In this document: piece by piece, positions 17,703 through 31,289 of the stretch
How positions within the stretch are numbered: position 1 is the stretch's first letter
How the letters are laid out: each line of letters starts with the position of its first letter
NCBI GenBank assembly: GCA_048500255.1
Contig: JASNYH010000006.1
Location: 133,352 to 197,351, forward strand
Direction: 5' to 3'
DNA length: 64,000 bases
From: Burkholderiaceae bacterium
Lineage (GTDB): Bacteria; Pseudomonadota; Gammaproteobacteria; Burkholderiales; Burkholderiaceae_C
Notes under the pieces: model-generated
The model's database searches: none
The model's input: the letters and a program-made list of their open reading frames with translations, nothing else
What the model was told of the DNA's origin: nothing
Translations under genes and position numbers: made by a program

Positions 17703-19229
17703 TCATGGCGCCGTCTCCGGCACGCCCTGCAGCGCGAGGCGGGTGCGCTCGGTCTCGGTGTCGTCGCCCCCCTGCGCCGCGCGCTGCGTCGCGATGGCGT
17801 CGAAGTCGGCGGCCGTTACGTCGCCCGTGATGTATCGGCCGTCGAAGCACGAGGCCTCGAAGCCCGCCAGCGCCGGGTTGAGCGCCTTGACGACGCGCTT
17901 CATCGCGTCGACGTCCTGGTAGATCAGCGCATCGGCGCCGATGTACTCGCGGATCTGCTCGACGCTGCGGTCGTGGGCGATCAGCTCGCCCCTGGTCGGC
18001 ATGTCGATGCCGTAGACGTTGGGATGGCGCACCGGCGGCGCGGCGCTGGCCATGTAGACCTTGCGCGCGCCGGCCTCGCGCGCCATCTGCACGATCTCCT
18101 TGCTCGTCGTGCCGCGCACGATGGAGTCGTCGACGAGCAGCACGTTGCGGCCCCTGAACTCCGAGGCGATCGCGTTGAGCTTCTGGCGCACCGACTTCTT
18201 GCGCATGCCCTGCCCCGGCATGATGAAGGTGCGGCCGACGTAGCGGTTCTTGACGAAACCCTCACGGTACGGCCGGCCGATCTTCTGCGCCAGCTGCATC
18301 GCCGACGGGCGGCTCGACTCGGGGATCGGGATCACGACGTCGATCTCCGACGGCGGCATCGTCGAGATCACGCGCTGGGCGAGCGTCTCGCCGAGGTTCA
18401 GGCGCGCCTGGTAGACCGAGATGCCGTCCATCACGGAGTCGGGCCGCGCGAGGTAGACATACTCGAAAATGCAGGGGTTGAGGCTGGGCACCTCGGCGCA
18501 CTGGCGCGCATGGATGCGGCCGTCGAGGTCGACGAAGATCGCCTCGCCGGGCGCCACGTCGCGCAGCATGCGGTGGCCCGTGCCTTCGAGCGCGACCGAT
18601 TCGCTGGCGATCATCACTTCGCGCCCTTCGGGCAGGTCGGCCTCGCCGACGCACAGCGGCCGGATGCCGAACGGATCGCGGAACGCGAGCAGCCCGTGAC
18701 CGGCGATCAGCGCGACGACGGCATACGAGCCCTTGATGCGCTTGTGCACCGCGGCGACGGCACGGAACACGTCGTCGGGCGCCAACGGCGTGCTGCGCGC
18801 CGTGCGCTCGAGTTCGTGCGCCAGCACGTTGATCAGCACCTCGGTGTCGCTGTCGGTGTTGATGTGGCGGCGGTCGACGTCGAACAGCTCGCGGCGCAGC
18901 GCGTGCGCGTTCGTCAGGTTACCGTTGTGCACGAGCACGATGCCGAACGGCGCGTTGACGTAGAACGGCTGCGCTTCCTCCTCGCTGTAGGCATTGCCCG
19001 CGGTCGGGTAGCGCACCTGCCCCAGCCCCACCGTGCCGGGCAGCGCGCGCATGTTGCGGGTGCGAAAGACGTCGCGCACCATGCCGCGCGCCTTGTGCAT
19101 GTAGCACTTCGTGCCCTGCATCGTGACGATGCCGGCGGCGTCCTGCCCGCGGTGCTGCAGCAGCAGCAGCGCGTCGTAGATCAGCTGGTTGACGGGCGTC
19201 TTCGAGATCACGCCGACGATGCCGCACAT
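17703..19229 (-). CDS. purF: amidophosphoribosyltransferase
   Basis: 508 codons from ATG 19227-19229. MCGIVGV (N-terminal nucleophile Cys), QHRGQDAAGI, and the PRPP-binding loop VLLVDDSIVRGTT. Confidence 0.95.
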   Translation of the reverse strand: MCGIVGVISKTPVNQLIYDALLLLQHRGQDAAGIVTMQGTKCYMHKARGMVRDVFRTRNMRALPGTVGLGQVRYPTAGNAYSEEEAQPFYVNAPFGIVLVHNGNLTNAHALRRELFDVDRRHINTDSDTEVLINVLAHELERTARSTPLAPDDVFRAVAAVHKRIKGSYAVVALIAGHGLLAFRDPFGIRPLCVGEADLPEGREVMIASESVALEGTGHRMLRDVAPGEAIFVDLDGRIHARQCAEVPSLNPCIFEYVYLARPDSVMDGISVYQARLNLGETLAQRVISTMPPSEIDVVIPIPESSRPSAMQLAQKIGRPYREGFVKNRYVGRTFIMPGQGMRKKSVRQKLNAIASEFRGRNVLLVDDSIVRGTTSKEIVQMAREAGARKVYMASAAPPVRHPNVYGIDMPTRGELIAHDRSVEQIREYIGADALIYQDVDAMKRVVKALNPALAGFEASCFDGRYITGDVTAADFDAIATQRAAQGGDDTETERTRLALQGVPETAP

Positions 19230-19246
19230 GGTGGGAACTTCCTCGT

Positions 19247-19738
19247 TCAAGCCGCGGGCAGACGCCGTGCCACCGACGACGGCAGCACCGGCTTCAGCCC
19301 GTCCAGGACGCCATTGAGCCACAGCGCCCCCTGCGACGCCTTCCACGGCGCCGATTTCGCCAGCGGCGTGAGGGCGATCACCGTCGCCAGCACGAGCAGC
19401 AGCACGATGCCGCGCAGCGCACCGAACACGGCGCCGAGCACGCGGTCGACGAAAGCGAGCGGCGTCGCCTTCACGAGCAGCGAAACGAGTTTCGCGGCCA
19501 GGCTCCAGGCCAACAGCACGCCGATGAAGGCGAGCGTGAAGGCTGCGCCGAGATTCACTGCCGACCCCGGGTCGCCGACCGGCAGGTGCGGCGCCAGCTG
19601 CGGCGCGAGCCACTGGGCGGCGAAATAGGCCACCACCCAACCGACGAGCGAGAGCACCTCGAGCACGAGGCCGCGCAGCAGCCCGACGAGCATGGAGGCC
19701 GCCAGCACGGCGATCATTGCGATATCGACCCAGGCCAT
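19247..19738 (-). CDS. cvpA: colicin V production protein CvpA
   Basis: 163 aa, four hydrophobic helices. MAWVDIAMIAVLAASMLVGLLRGLVLE is a typical CvpA N-terminus. Conserved position upstream of purF. Confidence 0.9.
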   Translation of the reverse strand: MAWVDIAMIAVLAASMLVGLLRGLVLEVLSLVGWVVAYFAAQWLAPQLAPHLPVGDPGSAVNLGAAFTLAFIGVLLAWSLAAKLVSLLVKATPLAFVDRVLGAVFGALRGIVLLLVLATVIALTPLAKSAPWKASQGALWLNGVLDGLKPVLPSSVARRLPAA

Positions 19739-20524
19739 CTACAGCGGCACGATCGATGTCGGCAGGCCGACGGCCTTGACCTTGGCCGCCGCCTTCTCGG
19801 CCTCGTCGCGCGAGGGATACGGGCCGACGCGCACGCGGATGCGCGGGCCCTGCGGCGTGTCGAGCGCCTGCGTGTAGGTCTTCAAGCCGAGCTTCTCGAC
19901 CTTGCGGCGCACGTCGCGGGCTGCATCGGCGTCGGCGAAGGCGCCGACCTGCACGACGAAGCGCCCCGATGCCGCGGCGGCCGTCGGTTTGGCGTCCTTG
20001 CCTTCGAGCAGCGTGCGCGCGCGCGCGGCGTCGGCCGCGGCGGCGGCCTTCGCCGTCGCGGCGGGCGCCGGCGTCTTGTCGGCCTTCTCGGCCTTGTCGG
20101 TCTTCGTGGCGGGAGTCGCCGGCACCGGCTTGGTCACCGGCGCCGGCGCCGTCGCTGCGGCCGCGGCGCTGGCCGCCGCCGGCGCACTCGCCGAAGCGGG
20201 CGACGGCGCGGCCGCCTCGGGCTCGACCGGCGCGACGCGCGCAGGCGCCGGCGGCGTCGCAGCCGGCTGGCGCGCCGGCGGCATCGCGAGGGGCGGCACC
20301 TGATCCTTGCGCGCGATCTCGATCGGGATGTCGACGGGGATCGGACGCGGGCTCGTCTCGAAGAGCAGCGGAAAGCCGATCACGCCGGCGCCGATCAGCA
20401 CGGCGGCACCGACGAGGCGCTGGCGCGCTCGCGTGCGCAGGCGCTGCACGTCGTCGATGCTGTCGCCGCCCGACGCACCGGACGGCGCAGCCGCAGAACG
20501 CTTGAAGAAGGACAGCAGAGCCAT
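19739..20524 (-). CDS. dedD: SPOR domain-containing cell-division protein (DedD-like)
   Basis: 261 aa. N-terminal TM, an Ala/Pro-rich linker, and a C-terminal SPOR repeat (GRFVVQVGAFADADAARDVRRKVEKLG...RVRVGPYPSRDEAEKAAAKVKA). Sits in the folC-dedD-cvpA-purF position. Confidence 0.85.
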   Translation of the reverse strand: MALLSFFKRSAAAPSGASGGDSIDDVQRLRTRARQRLVGAAVLIGAGVIGFPLLFETSPRPIPVDIPIEIARKDQVPPLAMPPARQPAATPPAPARVAPVEPEAAAPSPASASAPAAASAAAAATAPAPVTKPVPATPATKTDKAEKADKTPAPAATAKAAAAADAARARTLLEGKDAKPTAAAASGRFVVQVGAFADADAARDVRRKVEKLGLKTYTQALDTPQGPRIRVRVGPYPSRDEAEKAAAKVKAVGLPTSIVPL

Positions 20525-20593
20525 GCGATGCCGGTATCGGGAGAGCGTCGGTCGCGGCGCGCTGCACGCCGCTGCGCAGATCCGCCCCGCGCG

Positions 20594-21886
20594 TCAGTCC
20601 GGATGCGAAGCGCTGCGTCCGGGCAGCCCGCCTTCGAGCACGCCGCCTACCGTGTAGAAGGAGCCGAACACGAGAATTCTATCAGCGGGGTCTGCGTCGA
20701 CCAGCGCCGCTTCGAGCGCTGCGCGCGGGCCGACGTGGCAAGTCGAGGTCGCCGCCGGCGCGCCGCTGCGCGGCGGCAGCGCCGCGTACTGCGCCGCGAG
20801 CTCGGTGGCCGATGCGGCGCGCGGCGTCGGCAGGTCGCAGAAGTGCCAGCGGTCGACCAGCGGCTGCAGCGTCGCGAGCATCGTCGCCGTGTCCTTGTCC
20901 TGCATCGCGCCGAACACGGCGTGCGTGCGCGGGTAGTAGCCCATCTGGTCGAGGTTGCGCGCCAGCGTCGCGACGGCGTGCGGGTTGTGCGCGACGTCGA
21001 GCACGATCGCGGGCTGCCCCGGAACGACCTGGAAGCGCCCCGGCAGTTCGACCGTCGCGAAACCGCTGCGCACGGCCTGCGCGCTGACCGGCAGCCGCTC
21101 GTCGAGCGCCTCCAGCGCGGCCAGCACGCCGGCCGCGTTGAGCAACTGGTTGGCGCCGCGCAGCGCCGGATAGGCGAGCCCTGCGTAGCGCTTGCGCCGA
21201 CCGCGCCACCACCACTGCTGGCGGTCGCCGCCGGTGCTGAAGTCGCGCCCATGCAGCCGCAGGTCGGCGCCGATGCGCTGCGCGTGCTCGATCACGCTGG
21301 CCGGCGGCAGCGGATCGGACACGACGGCCGGCCGGCCGGTGCGCAGGATGCCTGCCTTCTCGCGGCCGATCGTCTCGCGGTCGGTGCCGAGGAAGGCCGT
21401 ATGGTCGATGTCGATGCTCGTGATGATGGCGCAGTCGGCGTCGATCACGTTGACGGCGTCGAGCCGGCCGCCGAGGCCGACTTCGAGCACAGCGAGGTCG
21501 AGCCCGGCCTGCGCCAGCCGGTGCAGGATCGCCAGCGTCGTGAACTCGAAGTAGGTCAGCGACACCTCGCCGCGCGCCGCCTCGACGGCCTCGAAGTGCG
21601 GCACGAGCGACGCGGCGTCGACCGGCGCGCCGCCGACGCGGCAGCGCTCCTCGAAGTGCACCAGATGCGGCGAGGTGTAGACGCCGACGCGCCAGCCGGC
21701 CTGCAGCGCGATCGCCTCGAGCATCGCGCAGGTCGAGCCCTTGCCGTTGGTGCCGGCGACGGTGACGACGGCGCAGTCGAAGCGCAGGCCGAGCCGCGCG
21801 CGCACCTGCTCGACGCGCTCGAGCCCGAGGTCGATCGTCGTCGGATGGAGGCGCTCGCAGCGCGCGAGCCAGTCGGATAGGGTCAC
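20594..21886 (-). CDS. folC: bifunctional folylpolyglutamate synthase / dihydrofolate synthase
   Basis: 430 codons. [11 protein letters not shown]-loop and [15 protein letters not shown] start at 21886 overlaps the accD stop (GTGA). Confidence 0.9.
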   Translation of the reverse strand: MTLSDWLARCERLHPTTIDLGLERVEQVRARLGLRFDCAVVTVAGTNGKGSTCAMLEAIALQAGWRVGVYTSPHLVHFEERCRVGGAPVDAASLVPHFEAVEAARGEVSLTYFEFTTLAILHRLAQAGLDLAVLEVGLGGRLDAVNVIDADCAIITSIDIDHTAFLGTDRETIGREKAGILRTGRPAVVSDPLPPASVIEHAQRIGADLRLHGRDFSTGGDRQQWWWRGRRKRYAGLAYPALRGANQLLNAAGVLAALEALDERLPVSAQAVRSGFATVELPGRFQVVPGQPAIVLDVAHNPHAVATLARNLDQMGYYPRTHAVFGAMQDKDTATMLATLQPLVDRWHFCDLPTPRAASATELAAQYAALPPRSGAPAATSTCHVGPRAALEAALVDADPADRILVFGSFYTVGGVLEGGLPGRSASHPD

Positions 21887-22755
21887 GCCACGGCGTCGGC
21901 GCTCTGGCGCATCAGCATGGCGACGGCGCGCGCGATCGTGAGGCGCAGCTCGCGGCGGTCGACGATCATGTCGAGCGCGCCCTTGCCGAGCAGGAACTCG
22001 CTGCGCTGGAAGCCCTCGGGTAGTTTCTCGCGCACCGTGTTCTCGATGACGCGCGGGCCGGCGAAGCCGATCAGCGCCCGGGGCTCGGCGATCACGACGT
22101 CGCCGATGAAGGCGAAGCTCGCCGACACGCCTCCCATCGTCGGATCGGTCAGCACGCTGACGTAGGGCAGCTTCGCCTTCGCGAGATGCGTCAACGCAGC
22201 GTTCGTCTTGGCCATCTGCATCAGGCTGAGCAGCCCTTCCTGCATGCGCGCGCCGCCGGTGGCGGCGAAGCTGATGAACGGCGTGCGCTGCTCGACCGCC
22301 GTCTCGACGCCGCGCACGAAGCGCTCGCCGACGACGGAGCCCATCGAACCACCCATGAAGTCGAACTCGAAGCACGCCGCGACGACGGGGATCGTGTGCA
22401 GCGCGCCGCCCATCACGACGAGCGCGTCGGTCTCGCCGGTGGATTCGAGCGCCTCCTTCAGGCGCTCGGGGTATTTCTTGCTGTCCCTGAACTTCAGTGC
22501 GTCGACGGGCAGCACCTCCTGGCCGATCTCGTAGCGGCCCTCGGGGTCGAGGAATCCGTCGAGCCGCGCGCGCGCGCCGATGCGGTGGTGGTGCGCGCAC
22601 TTCGGGCAGACGTTGAGGTTCTGCTCGAGGTCCGTCTTGTAGAGCACCGTCTCGCACGCCGGGCACTTGATCCACAAGCCCTCGGGCACGGTGCGGCGCT
22701 CGCTCGGATCGGTCTGCTGGATCTTCGGCGGCAGCAGTTTTTCAAGCCAGCTCAT
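21883..22755 (-). CDS. accD: acetyl-CoA carboxylase carboxyltransferase subunit beta
   Basis: 290 aa. N-terminal zinc ribbon [10 protein letters not shown]...CPKCAHHHR, followed by the carboxyltransferase core. Confidence 0.95.
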   Translation of the reverse strand: MSWLEKLLPPKIQQTDPSERRTVPEGLWIKCPACETVLYKTDLEQNLNVCPKCAHHHRIGARARLDGFLDPEGRYEIGQEVLPVDALKFRDSKKYPERLKEALESTGETDALVVMGGALHTIPVVAACFEFDFMGGSMGSVVGERFVRGVETAVEQRTPFISFAATGGARMQEGLLSLMQMAKTNAALTHLAKAKLPYVSVLTDPTMGGVSASFAFIGDVVIAEPRALIGFAGPRVIENTVREKLPEGFQRSEFLLGKGALDMIVDRRELRLTIARAVAMLMRQSADAVA

Positions 22756-22788
22756 GGGTCGACCTCCAGAGTGTCAGTCGTTCGTTCG

Positions 22789-23615
22789 TCAGGCCGCGAC
22801 GCCGGCCCGCACGCCGTCGAGCGCGGCGCGCATCTCGGCGATGAAGGCGCCGGCGACGGCCGCCACTTCGCCGCGGGGTGCGGCCTCGAGCAGTTGCACC
22901 AGACGCGAGCCGATGACGACGGCGTCGGCGACGGCGCCGACGGCGGCGGCGCTCGCCGCGTCGCGGATGCCGAATCCCACGCCGACGGGCACGCGCACGT
23001 GCGCGCGGATGCGCGGCAGCATCTGCGCGACGGCAGCGGTGTCGAGGTGGCCCGCGCCCGTCACACCCTTGAGCGAGACGTAGTAGACGTAGCCGCTGGC
23101 GACGCGGCCGACCTGGCGCATGCGCTCGTCGGTCGACGTCGGCGCAAGCAGGAAGATCGGATCCAGCCCCTTGGACTGCAGGCTGCGGGCGAATGCCTCG
23201 CACTCCTCCGGCGGATAGTCGACGACGAGCACGCCGTCGACGCCGCCATCGGCGCAAGCCGCGACGAAGGCGCCGTCACCGTGCCGCTGGTCGTAGCGCT
23301 CGACCGGATTGGCGTAGCCCATCAGCACGACGGGCGTCTTCGCGTCGCGTGCGCGGAAGCCGCGCACCGCGGCGAACACCTGCGGCAAGCCGATGCCGTG
23401 CGCGAGAGCGCGCTCCGAGGCCTTCTGGATCACCGGGCCGTCGGCCATCGGATCGGAGAACGGCACGCCGAGCTCGATCACGTCGGCGCCCGCCTTCGCC
23501 ATCGCCAGCATGATGTCGACCGTCGCGTCGGGATACGGGTCACCGGTTGTCACGTAGGGGATCAGCGCCTTGCGCCGCTGCGCCTTCAGCGCCTCGAAAG
23601 TGGCGGCGATGCGGC

Positions 23616-23619
<4 letters not shown>
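22789..23619 (-). CDS. trpA: tryptophan synthase alpha chain
   Basis: 276 codons from ATG 23617-23619. [11 protein letters not shown] and [21 protein letters not shown] overlap with the trpB stop. Confidence 0.93.
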
Positions 23620-24836
<1,217 letters not shown>

Positions 24837-24861
24837 GGGAGGAAGGATGCTGTCGGGTGCT

Positions 24862-25509
24862 TCAGGCTACGGCGTCGGCGATGCGCGCATCGGCCTCGCG
24901 AACGGCCTCGCAGAACCGGCGGATCGCGGCGGCGTCCTTGACGCCCTTGGACGATTCCACGCCGGAGCTCACGTCAACGGCCCAGGGCCGCACGCGAAGG
25001 ATCCCTTCGATCACATTTGCGGCATGCAACCCACCAGACAAAACGACCGGAAGGGGCACGCCGTGGGGGATGAGCGACCAATCGAACACCTTTCCGCCGC
25101 CGCCGTAGCCCTCGACGTGGGCGTCGAGCAGCAGGCCACGGGCATCGGAATATCGGGCTGCGAAGTCTAGCAAATCGACGCCGGGCGCCATCCGCGCGGC
25201 GCGAAGGTAGGGCCGGCCGGCGGCGCGGCACTGCGCCGGCGTTTCGTCGCCGTGGAACTGCAGCAGCGCGTGCGGCACGCGCTCGGCGGCGTGCGCCACT
25301 TGCGCCGGCGAGGCGTTGACGAACAGCAGCACCGGCGTCACGAAGGAGGGCAGCGCGCGCGCCAGTTCGGCGGCGCGCTCGGGCGCCACGAGGCGCGGAC
25401 TGCGCTCCCAGCACACGAGGCCAACCGCGTCGGCGCCCGCATCGACGGCGGCCTCGACGTCGCTCTCGCGCGTCAGGCCGCAGATCTTGATGCGCGTGCG
25501 CTGCGTCAT
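24862..25509 (-). CDS. trpF: phosphoribosylanthranilate isomerase
   Basis: 215 aa. [20 protein letters not shown] and LQFHGDE, typical of TrpF. Confidence 0.9.
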   Translation of the reverse strand: MTQRTRIKICGLTRESDVEAAVDAGADAVGLVCWERSPRLVAPERAAELARALPSFVTPVLLFVNASPAQVAHAAERVPHALLQFHGDETPAQCRAAGRPYLRAARMAPGVDLLDFAARYSDARGLLLDAHVEGYGGGGKVFDWSLIPHGVPLPVVLSGGLHAANVIEGILRVRPWAVDVSSGVESSKGVKDAAAIRRFCEAVREADARIADAVA

Positions 25510-25512
25510 CGG

Positions 25513-26295
25513 CTACGGCAGCCAGTCTAGCGCCGGCGGGTGGTCGGGAATGCCATGCCGCGCATCGTAGTACGGCCCGACGAAGTACAGCCCGTCGGGG
25601 GCGAAGGTCGGCGCCGCAAGGTCGCGGCGGCGCGAGTCGAGCACCTCGCCGACCCAGCGGGGCGCGCGCGCCCCGCTGCCGACGGCGACCAGGCAGCCCA
25701 TGATGTTGCGCACCATGTGGTGCAGGAAGGCGTCGGCGTCGAAGTCGAAGCGCCAGTAGGCCCCGCTGCGTTCGATCGCGATCGAGCGCAGCGTCTTGAC
25801 GGGCGACAGCGCCTGGCACTCGGCAGCGCGGAAGGCGCTGAAGTCGTGCTGGCCGAGCAGCCGCGCCGCAGCTTCGCGCATCGCGCCGCCGTCGAGCGGC
25901 CGGAACACCCAGCCGGCGGCGCCCGCCTCGATCGACGGGCGCACGGGCGACTCGAGCAGCACGTAGGCGTAGCGCCGGCCGCGCGCGCTGGCGCGCGCGT
26001 GGAAGTCGTCGCCGACGCGCAGCGCCCACTGCACGGCGATATCGGGCGGCAGGAAGCGGTTGGTGCCGCGCACCCATGAGAAGAGCTCGCGGTCGAGCCC
26101 GGTGTCGACGTGCACGACCTGGTTCAGGCCGTGCACGCCGGCGTCGGTGCGGCCGGCGCACATCGTGCGCAGCGGCTGGTCGGCGAACTGCGCGAGCGCT
26201 GCCTCGAGCCGGTCCTGCACCGTGCGGCCGTCGGGCTGACTTTGCCAGCCGTTATAGGCGCTGCCGCGATAGCTGATGCCGAGCGCGAGCCGCAT
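25513..26295 (-). CDS. truA: tRNA pseudouridine(38-40) synthase
   Basis: 260 codons from ATG 26293-26295 ([20 protein letters not shown]). Catalytic-Asp context GRTDAGVHG. Confidence 0.92.
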   Translation of the reverse strand: MRLALGISYRGSAYNGWQSQPDGRTVQDRLEAALAQFADQPLRTMCAGRTDAGVHGLNQVVHVDTGLDRELFSWVRGTNRFLPPDIAVQWALRVGDDFHARASARGRRYAYVLLESPVRPSIEAGAAGWVFRPLDGGAMREAAARLLGQHDFSAFRAAECQALSPVKTLRSIAIERSGAYWRFDFDADAFLHHMVRNIMGCLVAVGSGARAPRWVGEVLDSRRRDLAAPTFAPDGLYFVGPYYDARHGIPDHPPALDWLP

Positions 26296-26335
26296 GCCGC
26301 GCCGAAGCAAGGGACGAGCGCGCCCGACGACGTCG

Positions 26336-28765
26336 TCAGGCGAGCTCGTCGAGCATGCCCTGCGCCTTGGTCTTCAGCGGTCCGCTGGCCTTGGCAATGA
26401 CCTCCTGCAGCAGGTCGCGCGCGCCCTCGGTGTCGCCGATCTGGCGGAACTCCTCGGCCAGCTCGAGCTTGCGCGAAAGCGGGTCGTCGCCGCTGCCGAC
26501 GCCCTCGGCGCCGAGTTCGTCGAGGTCGATCGATTCGAAGCTCGGCTCCTGCGCCGGCGCCGCCGGGGCGGCCGGCTCCGACGTGCCGAGGCCGCCGAGA
26601 TCGAAGTCCATGCCGAGGTCGCCCGTCGCCGACTCGGACGGCGCGGGCGCCGCTCCGACGTCGAAGGAAGGCAGGTCGCGCGCGAAGTCGGCTGTGGGCA
26701 GCGGCGGTTCGGAGGCCGGCAGGGAATCGCCCGACGTGGCGCCCGCATCGACCGGACCGAGGTCGAGATCGAGGTCGACGCCCGACTTGCTGCCCGAGAA
26801 CGGCTGCGAGTCGAAGTTCGACGGCGACGGCAGCACCGACTGCGGCATCGTACTGGCGCCCAGCGGCTCGACGAGCTGGTTCTCGCCCTGCACCGGGATC
26901 GCCGGCTCGCCGCCGGGCTGGTAGAGCGGGTTGTCGGGGTCGATCTGCAGACCCATCTCCTGGGCCTTGGCCCAGTCCTCGCCCTGGCCGTGCGTCAGCG
27001 TGTAGAGCTGCGTGGCGAGCAGTTCGTAGCCCTTGGTGTCGCGCCGCTTGGCATAGACCTCGAGCAGCTTGGTGCGCACGGCCAGCCGCTCGGGACTGGC
27101 GCGCATCGCCTCCTTGAGGATCTCCTCGGCCTGCAGGTCGCGGCCATAGGCCAGATAGACGTCGGCCTCGGCGACCGGATCGACGTCGCCGATGGCGTCG
27201 AGCTGGCTCAGCGAGTAGCTCATCGACGACGACGTGCCCGCCGCATCGCGCGTGTCGATGCGCTGACCGCCGCTGGCGCCGAAGAAGGAGTCGGGCTGCA
27301 ACCGGCTCTCGAGGAACGAGGTCTCGCCGCTGTCCTTCTTGGCCTTGCTGCGCACGCGGTAGAAGCCGAAGCCGACCAGCAGCGCGAGCAGCACGCCGGC
27401 GCCGGGCAGCACCAGCGGGTTGTCCATCAGCGAATCGCCAGCTTCGGGCTGTTGCGCGACCGGCGGCTTGGCCTCGGCCTCGGCCGGCGTCGGCCGGGGC
27501 TGCGTGGTCGGCGCCTGGGCGACGACGGTCGGTGCCGGCGCAGCAGGCGCCGCCGCAGGTTCGGGCGCAGGAGCCGGGGCCGGCGGGGCAGCCGCCGGTG
27601 CAGGCGCCGGAGCGGGCGGCGCGGCCGCCGGCGCCGGCGCCGGCGCAGGCGCCGGCGCGGCAGCCACGGCGCTCGCCGCGCCCGACAGCTTGCGCAGCTC
27701 CTCGACGTTCTTCGACAGCTCGGCGACGCGTGTCGAGGTGTCCTTCTGCTCGCGCTCGCGCGAGATGCCGGCCTCGGGCGCCGAGGCGCCGGCGGCGGCG
27801 CCCTTGCTCAGCGTCAGCTTGTCGGCACTCGGCGCGGCGGGCTTCTTGTCCTCGACGGCGGCCTGCACCTTGCCGCTGGCCTGGCGCGCGCGCGTGGCCG
27901 GCGGTGCGGCCGGCACGCCGCTGGCGAGGCGCTCGCGGTAGGCGCCGAAGTCGGCGCTCTGCGCACGGATGATCTGCTGCGCCTCGGGCGTCGGCACGGC
28001 GCGCGCCGCCTCCGGCGTGGGCGCGCTCAGCACGGCGCCCGCCTTCAGGCGGTTCATGTTGTTGTCCATGAACGCCTGCGGATTGCCGCGGTACAGCGCG
28101 ACGAGCATCTGGTCGAGCGAGACGCCGGACTGCTGCATGCGCAACGCGATGCGGTACAGCGTGTCGCCGGCCTTGACTTCGTATTCGGTGGCCGTCCGGC
28201 GCGGTGCGGCGGCGACGCGCGGCGCCGGCGCAGCCGCAGCGGGCGCCTCGGCGCGCGGTGCAGGCGCAGGAGCAGGCCGTGCCGCCGGCGCCGGCGCGGC
28301 CGACATCACGGGCGGCGTCGCCGGTGCCGGGGCGGCGGCGCGGTTGCTGTTGATCGGATCGAACAGCAGCGTGTATTCGCGCACCAGGCGGCCCGACGAC
28401 CAGTTCAGCTCGAGGATGACGTCGACGAACGGCTCCTGCACCGTGCGGTCGCTCGTGATGCGCAGGTAGGGCCGGCCGTCGGAGCGCCGCTGCAGCGACG
28501 CCTGGGTGTTGGTCAGCACGGCGTTGTAGTCGACGCCGGCCGCGCGGTAGGCCTCGGGCGGCGCGATGCGCGCGCGCAGGCTCGACGCCTCTTCCGACGA
28601 CAGGCTCGTGATGTCGATCTCGGCTTGCAGCTTCTCACCCAGGCCCGACTGCACCGACAACCGACCCAGCCCGAGAGCTGCCGCGCTCGTCGAGAACAGG
28701 ACGGCTGCCGCAGCGGCCATGCCGGTCAGAGCGAAACGCCCCGCGAGGAATGGATGTCTTTTCAA
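26336..28765 (-). CDS. fimV: FimV/HubP-family polar peptidoglycan-binding protein
   Basis: FimV N-terminal pattern ([22 protein letters not shown]), a LysM domain ([14 protein letters not shown]..), an Ala/Pro-rich linker, one TM, an acidic region, and the FimV C-terminal motif ([24 protein letters not shown]). Start set at TTG 28765, 4 nt after GGGAGA and giving a full signal peptide. Alternative ATG at 28720. The track start at 28861 is unlikely. Confidence 0.85.
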   Translation of the reverse strand: MKRHPFLAGRFALTGMAAAAAVLFSTSAAALGLGRLSVQSGLGEKLQAEIDITSLSSEEASSLRARIAPPEAYRAAGVDYNAVLTNTQASLQRRSDGRPYLRITSDRTVQEPFVDVILELNWSSGRLVREYTLLFDPINSNRAAAPAPATPPVMSAAPAPAARPAPAPAPRAEAPAAAAPAPRVAAAPRRTATEYEVKAGDTLYRIALRMQQSGVSLDQMLVALYRGNPQAFMDNNMNRLKAGAVLSAPTPEAARAVPTPEAQQIIRAQSADFGAYRERLASGVPAAPPATRARQASGKVQAAVEDKKPAAPSADKLTLSKGAAAGASAPEAGISREREQKDTSTRVAELSKNVEELRKLSGAASAVAAAPAPAPAPAPAAAPPAPAPAPAAAPPAPAPAPEPAAAPAAPAPTVVAQAPTTQPRPTPAEAEAKPPVAQQPEAGDSLMDNPLVLPGAGVLLALLVGFGFYRVRSKAKKDSGETSFLESRLQPDSFFGASGGQRIDTRDAAGTSSSMSYSLSQLDAIGDVDPVAEADVYLAYGRDLQAEEILKEAMRASPERLAVRTKLLEVYAKRRDTKGYELLATQLYTLTHGQGEDWAKAQEMGLQIDPDNPLYQPGGEPAIPVQGENQLVEPLGASTMPQSVLPSPSNFDSQPFSGSKSGVDLDLDLGPVDAGATSGDSLPASEPPLPTADFARDLPSFDVGAAPAPSESATGDLGMDFDLGGLGTSEPAAPAAPAQEPSFESIDLDELGAEGVGSGDDPLSRKLELAEEFRQIGDTEGARDLLQEVIAKASGPLKTKAQGMLDELA

Positions 28766-28832
28766 GGCGTCTCCCAATGACGTTCGAGCCGGTTCGTGAG
28801 GCGTGCGGGAACCCGGCCCTTTGCTGCAAATG

Positions 28833-28861
28833 ACAATAACATCAGGCAGATACACTGACAA
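28833..28861 (-). promoter_or_regulatory. candidate sigma70 promoter for fimV
   Basis: On the minus strand: TTGTCA (28861-28856), a 17-nt spacer, then TATTGT (28838-28833). It lies in the only AT-rich patch of the asd-fimV spacer, about 70 nt upstream of the proposed TTG start. Confidence 0.35.
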
Positions 28862-28951
28862 GTTCGCGCACTTGCTGACATTCGCTGCGGGCCGTGACGC
28901 AGGTCTCGCCGCGCCGCATTGTTGTCGGGTGGCAACGCGGCGCGGTGCGCG

Positions 28952-30091
28952 TCAAGCCTCGAGCAGGATGCGCAGCATGCGCCGCAGCGGCTCGGCCGCA
29001 CCCCACAGCAACTGGTCGCCGATCGTGTAGGCGCCGAGGTAGTGCGGCCCCATCGCCATCTTGCGCAAGCGCCCCACGGGGATCGTCATCGTGCCGGTCA
29101 CGGCCACCGGCGTCAGGTCGCGCATCGTGGCCTCGCGCGTGTTGGGCACGACCTTGACCCAGTCGTTGTCGGCCGCGATCAGCGCCTCGATGTCGGCCAG
29201 CGGCACGTCCTTCTTAAGCTTGAACGTCAGCGCCTGGCTGTGGCAGCGCATGGCGCCGATGCGCACGCAGAAGCCGTCGACCGGCACGGCCGGCGTGCCG
29301 AAACCCTCGCCCTGGCCGAGGATCTTGTTCGTCTCGGCCATGCCCTTCCACTCTTCGCGGCTGACGCCGCCGCCGAGGTCCTTGTCGATCCACGGGATCA
29401 GCGAGCCGGCCAGCGGCGCGCCGAAGTTGGCCGTCTCGGCCTCGGTCAGTGCGCGCTGGCGCGCCACGACCTTGCGATCGATCTCGAGGATGGCGCTCTT
29501 GGGGTCGTCGAGCAGCGCCTTGACCTCGGCGTTGAGCGTGCCGAACTGCGTCAGCAGCTCGCGCATGTGCTGCGCACCGCCGCCCGACGCCGCCTGGTAG
29601 GTCTGCGTGCTCATCCACTCGACGAGACCCGCCTTGTACAGCGCGCCGACGCCCATCAGCATGCAGCTCACCGTGCAATTGCCGCCGATCCAGTTGCGCC
29701 CGCCCTTGGCGAGCGCGTTCTTGATGACCGGCAGATTGACCGGATCGAGCACGATGACGGCGTCGTCCTTCATGCGCAGCGTCGAGGCCGCGTCGATCCA
29801 GTGGCCCTTCCAACCCGCCGCGCGCAGCTTGGGGAAGACCTCCGTCGTGTAGTCGCCGCCCTGCGCCGTAACGACGATGTCGCAACGCTTGAGCGCCTCG
29901 ATGTCGTGCGCGTCCTTGAGCTTCGTCTCGCCCTTGGCGAGGTCGGCGATCGCCGGCGGCAGCGAGCCGCCCGCGTTGCTGGTGCTGAAGAACACCGGCT
30001 CGATGTGGCCGAAGTCACCTTCGGCGCGCATGCGCTCCATCAGCACGGAGCCGACCATGCCGCGCCAACCGACCAAACCCGTGACTCTCAT
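28952..30091 (-). CDS. asd: aspartate-semialdehyde dehydrogenase
   Basis: 379 aa. [17 protein letters not shown] parallels E. coli Asd [17 protein letters not shown]. Active-site context GGNCTVS. Confidence 0.95.
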   Translation of the reverse strand: MRVTGLVGWRGMVGSVLMERMRAEGDFGHIEPVFFSTSNAGGSLPPAIADLAKGETKLKDAHDIEALKRCDIVVTAQGGDYTTEVFPKLRAAGWKGHWIDAASTLRMKDDAVIVLDPVNLPVIKNALAKGGRNWIGGNCTVSCMLMGVGALYKAGLVEWMSTQTYQAASGGGAQHMRELLTQFGTLNAEVKALLDDPKSAILEIDRKVVARQRALTEAETANFGAPLAGSLIPWIDKDLGGGVSREEWKGMAETNKILGQGEGFGTPAVPVDGFCVRIGAMRCHSQALTFKLKKDVPLADIEALIAADNDWVKVVPNTREATMRDLTPVAVTGTMTIPVGRLRKMAMGPHYLGAYTIGDQLLWGAAEPLRRMLRILLEA

Positions 30092-30178
30092 TTCTCGCGC
30101 CCTTTCAAAGATCCACTTCCTCTGGCTCCCCCGGCTGGTTCGCCGTGCGGGAGGGGCGAGCCGAACCGGAGAGCCTGC

Positions 30179-31267
30179 CTAGCCCTTCTTCGCGATCGTC
30201 TTGAGCGCCGCGACGACGGCGTCGCCCATCTCGCGGGTGCCGACCTTGCGCGTGCCCTCCGACCAGATGTCGGCGGTGCGCAACCCCGCGGCCAGCACGG
30301 AGCGCACGGCCGACTCGATGAGGTCGGCGGCGTCTGGGCGCTGGAGCGAATAGCGGAGCATCATGGCGGCGGACAGGATTGTAGCGAGCGGATTCGCCAC
30401 CCCGTTGCCCGCGATGTCGGGCGCGCTGCCGTGGCTCGGCTCGTAGAGGCCCTTGTTGCGCGCGTCGAGCGACGCCGACGGCAGCATGCCGATCGAGCCG
30501 GTGAGCATCGCCGCCTCGTCGCTCAGGATGTCGCCGAACATGTTGCCGGTGACGACGACGTCGAAGCGCTTGGGCGCCTTGACGAGTTGCATCGCCGCGT
30601 TGTCGACGTACATGTGGTCGAGTGCGACGTCGGGGTACTGCGCATGCACCTCGGTGACGACGTCCTTCCAGAACTGGAAGGTCTCGAGCACGTTGGCCTT
30701 GTCCACGCTGGTGACGCGCTTGCTGCGCTTGCGCGCCGCCTGGAACGCCACGTGCGCGATCCGCTCTATCTCGGGGCGCGCGTAGCGCATCGTGTCGAAG
30801 GCCTCGGGCTGGCCCTTGAACGCGCCGTCGGGCGCGTCGCGACGCCCGCGCGGCTGGCCGAAGTAGATGTCGCCGGTCAGCTCGCGGATGATCAGGATGT
30901 CGAGACCGGCGACGAGTTCGGGCTTGAGGCTCGACGCATGCGTGAGCTGCTCGTAGCAGATCGCCGGGCGGAAGTTGGCGAACAGTTGCAGGTGCTTGCG
31001 CAGGCCCAGGATGGCCTGCTCGGGCCGCAGCGCGCGCTCGAGCTTGTCGTACTTCCAGTCGCCGACGGCGCCGAACAGCACGGCGTCGGCGGCCTGAGCG
31101 AGTCTCAGCGTCGCGTCGGGCAGCGGATGGCCGCTCGCCTCGTAGGCGGCACCGCCGACGGGCGCCTCTTCCAGCTCGAGCGGCAGCTCGAGCGCCTTCA
31201 GCACCTTGACGGCCTCGGCCAGGATCTCGGGGCCGATGCCGTCGCCCGGCAGCACTGCAATCTTCAC
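30179..31267 (-). CDS. leuB: 3-isopropylmalate dehydrogenase
   Basis: 362 aa, GTG start. [38 protein letters not shown] and [11 protein letters not shown]. Confidence 0.95.
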   Translation of the reverse strand: MKIAVLPGDGIGPEILAEAVKVLKALELPLELEEAPVGGAAYEASGHPLPDATLRLAQAADAVLFGAVGDWKYDKLERALRPEQAILGLRKHLQLFANFRPAICYEQLTHASSLKPELVAGLDILIIRELTGDIYFGQPRGRRDAPDGAFKGQPEAFDTMRYARPEIERIAHVAFQAARKRSKRVTSVDKANVLETFQFWKDVVTEVHAQYPDVALDHMYVDNAAMQLVKAPKRFDVVVTGNMFGDILSDEAAMLTGSIGMLPSASLDARNKGLYEPSHGSAPDIAGNGVANPLATILSAAMMLRYSLQRPDAADLIESAVRSVLAAGLRTADIWSEGTRKVGTREMGDAVVAALKTIAKKG

Positions 31268-31289
31268 TCTGTCGTTCCTCGTTTCGGGT

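Noticed and set aside
27420-27972. GC-rich repetitive DNA (GCCGGCGCC-type periodicity) that might be a tandem repeat or CRISPR-like array
   Set aside because: It is the Ala/Pro-rich linker of FimV (..[21 protein letters not shown]..). There is no spacer/repeat organisation and it is in frame within a well-supported CDS.
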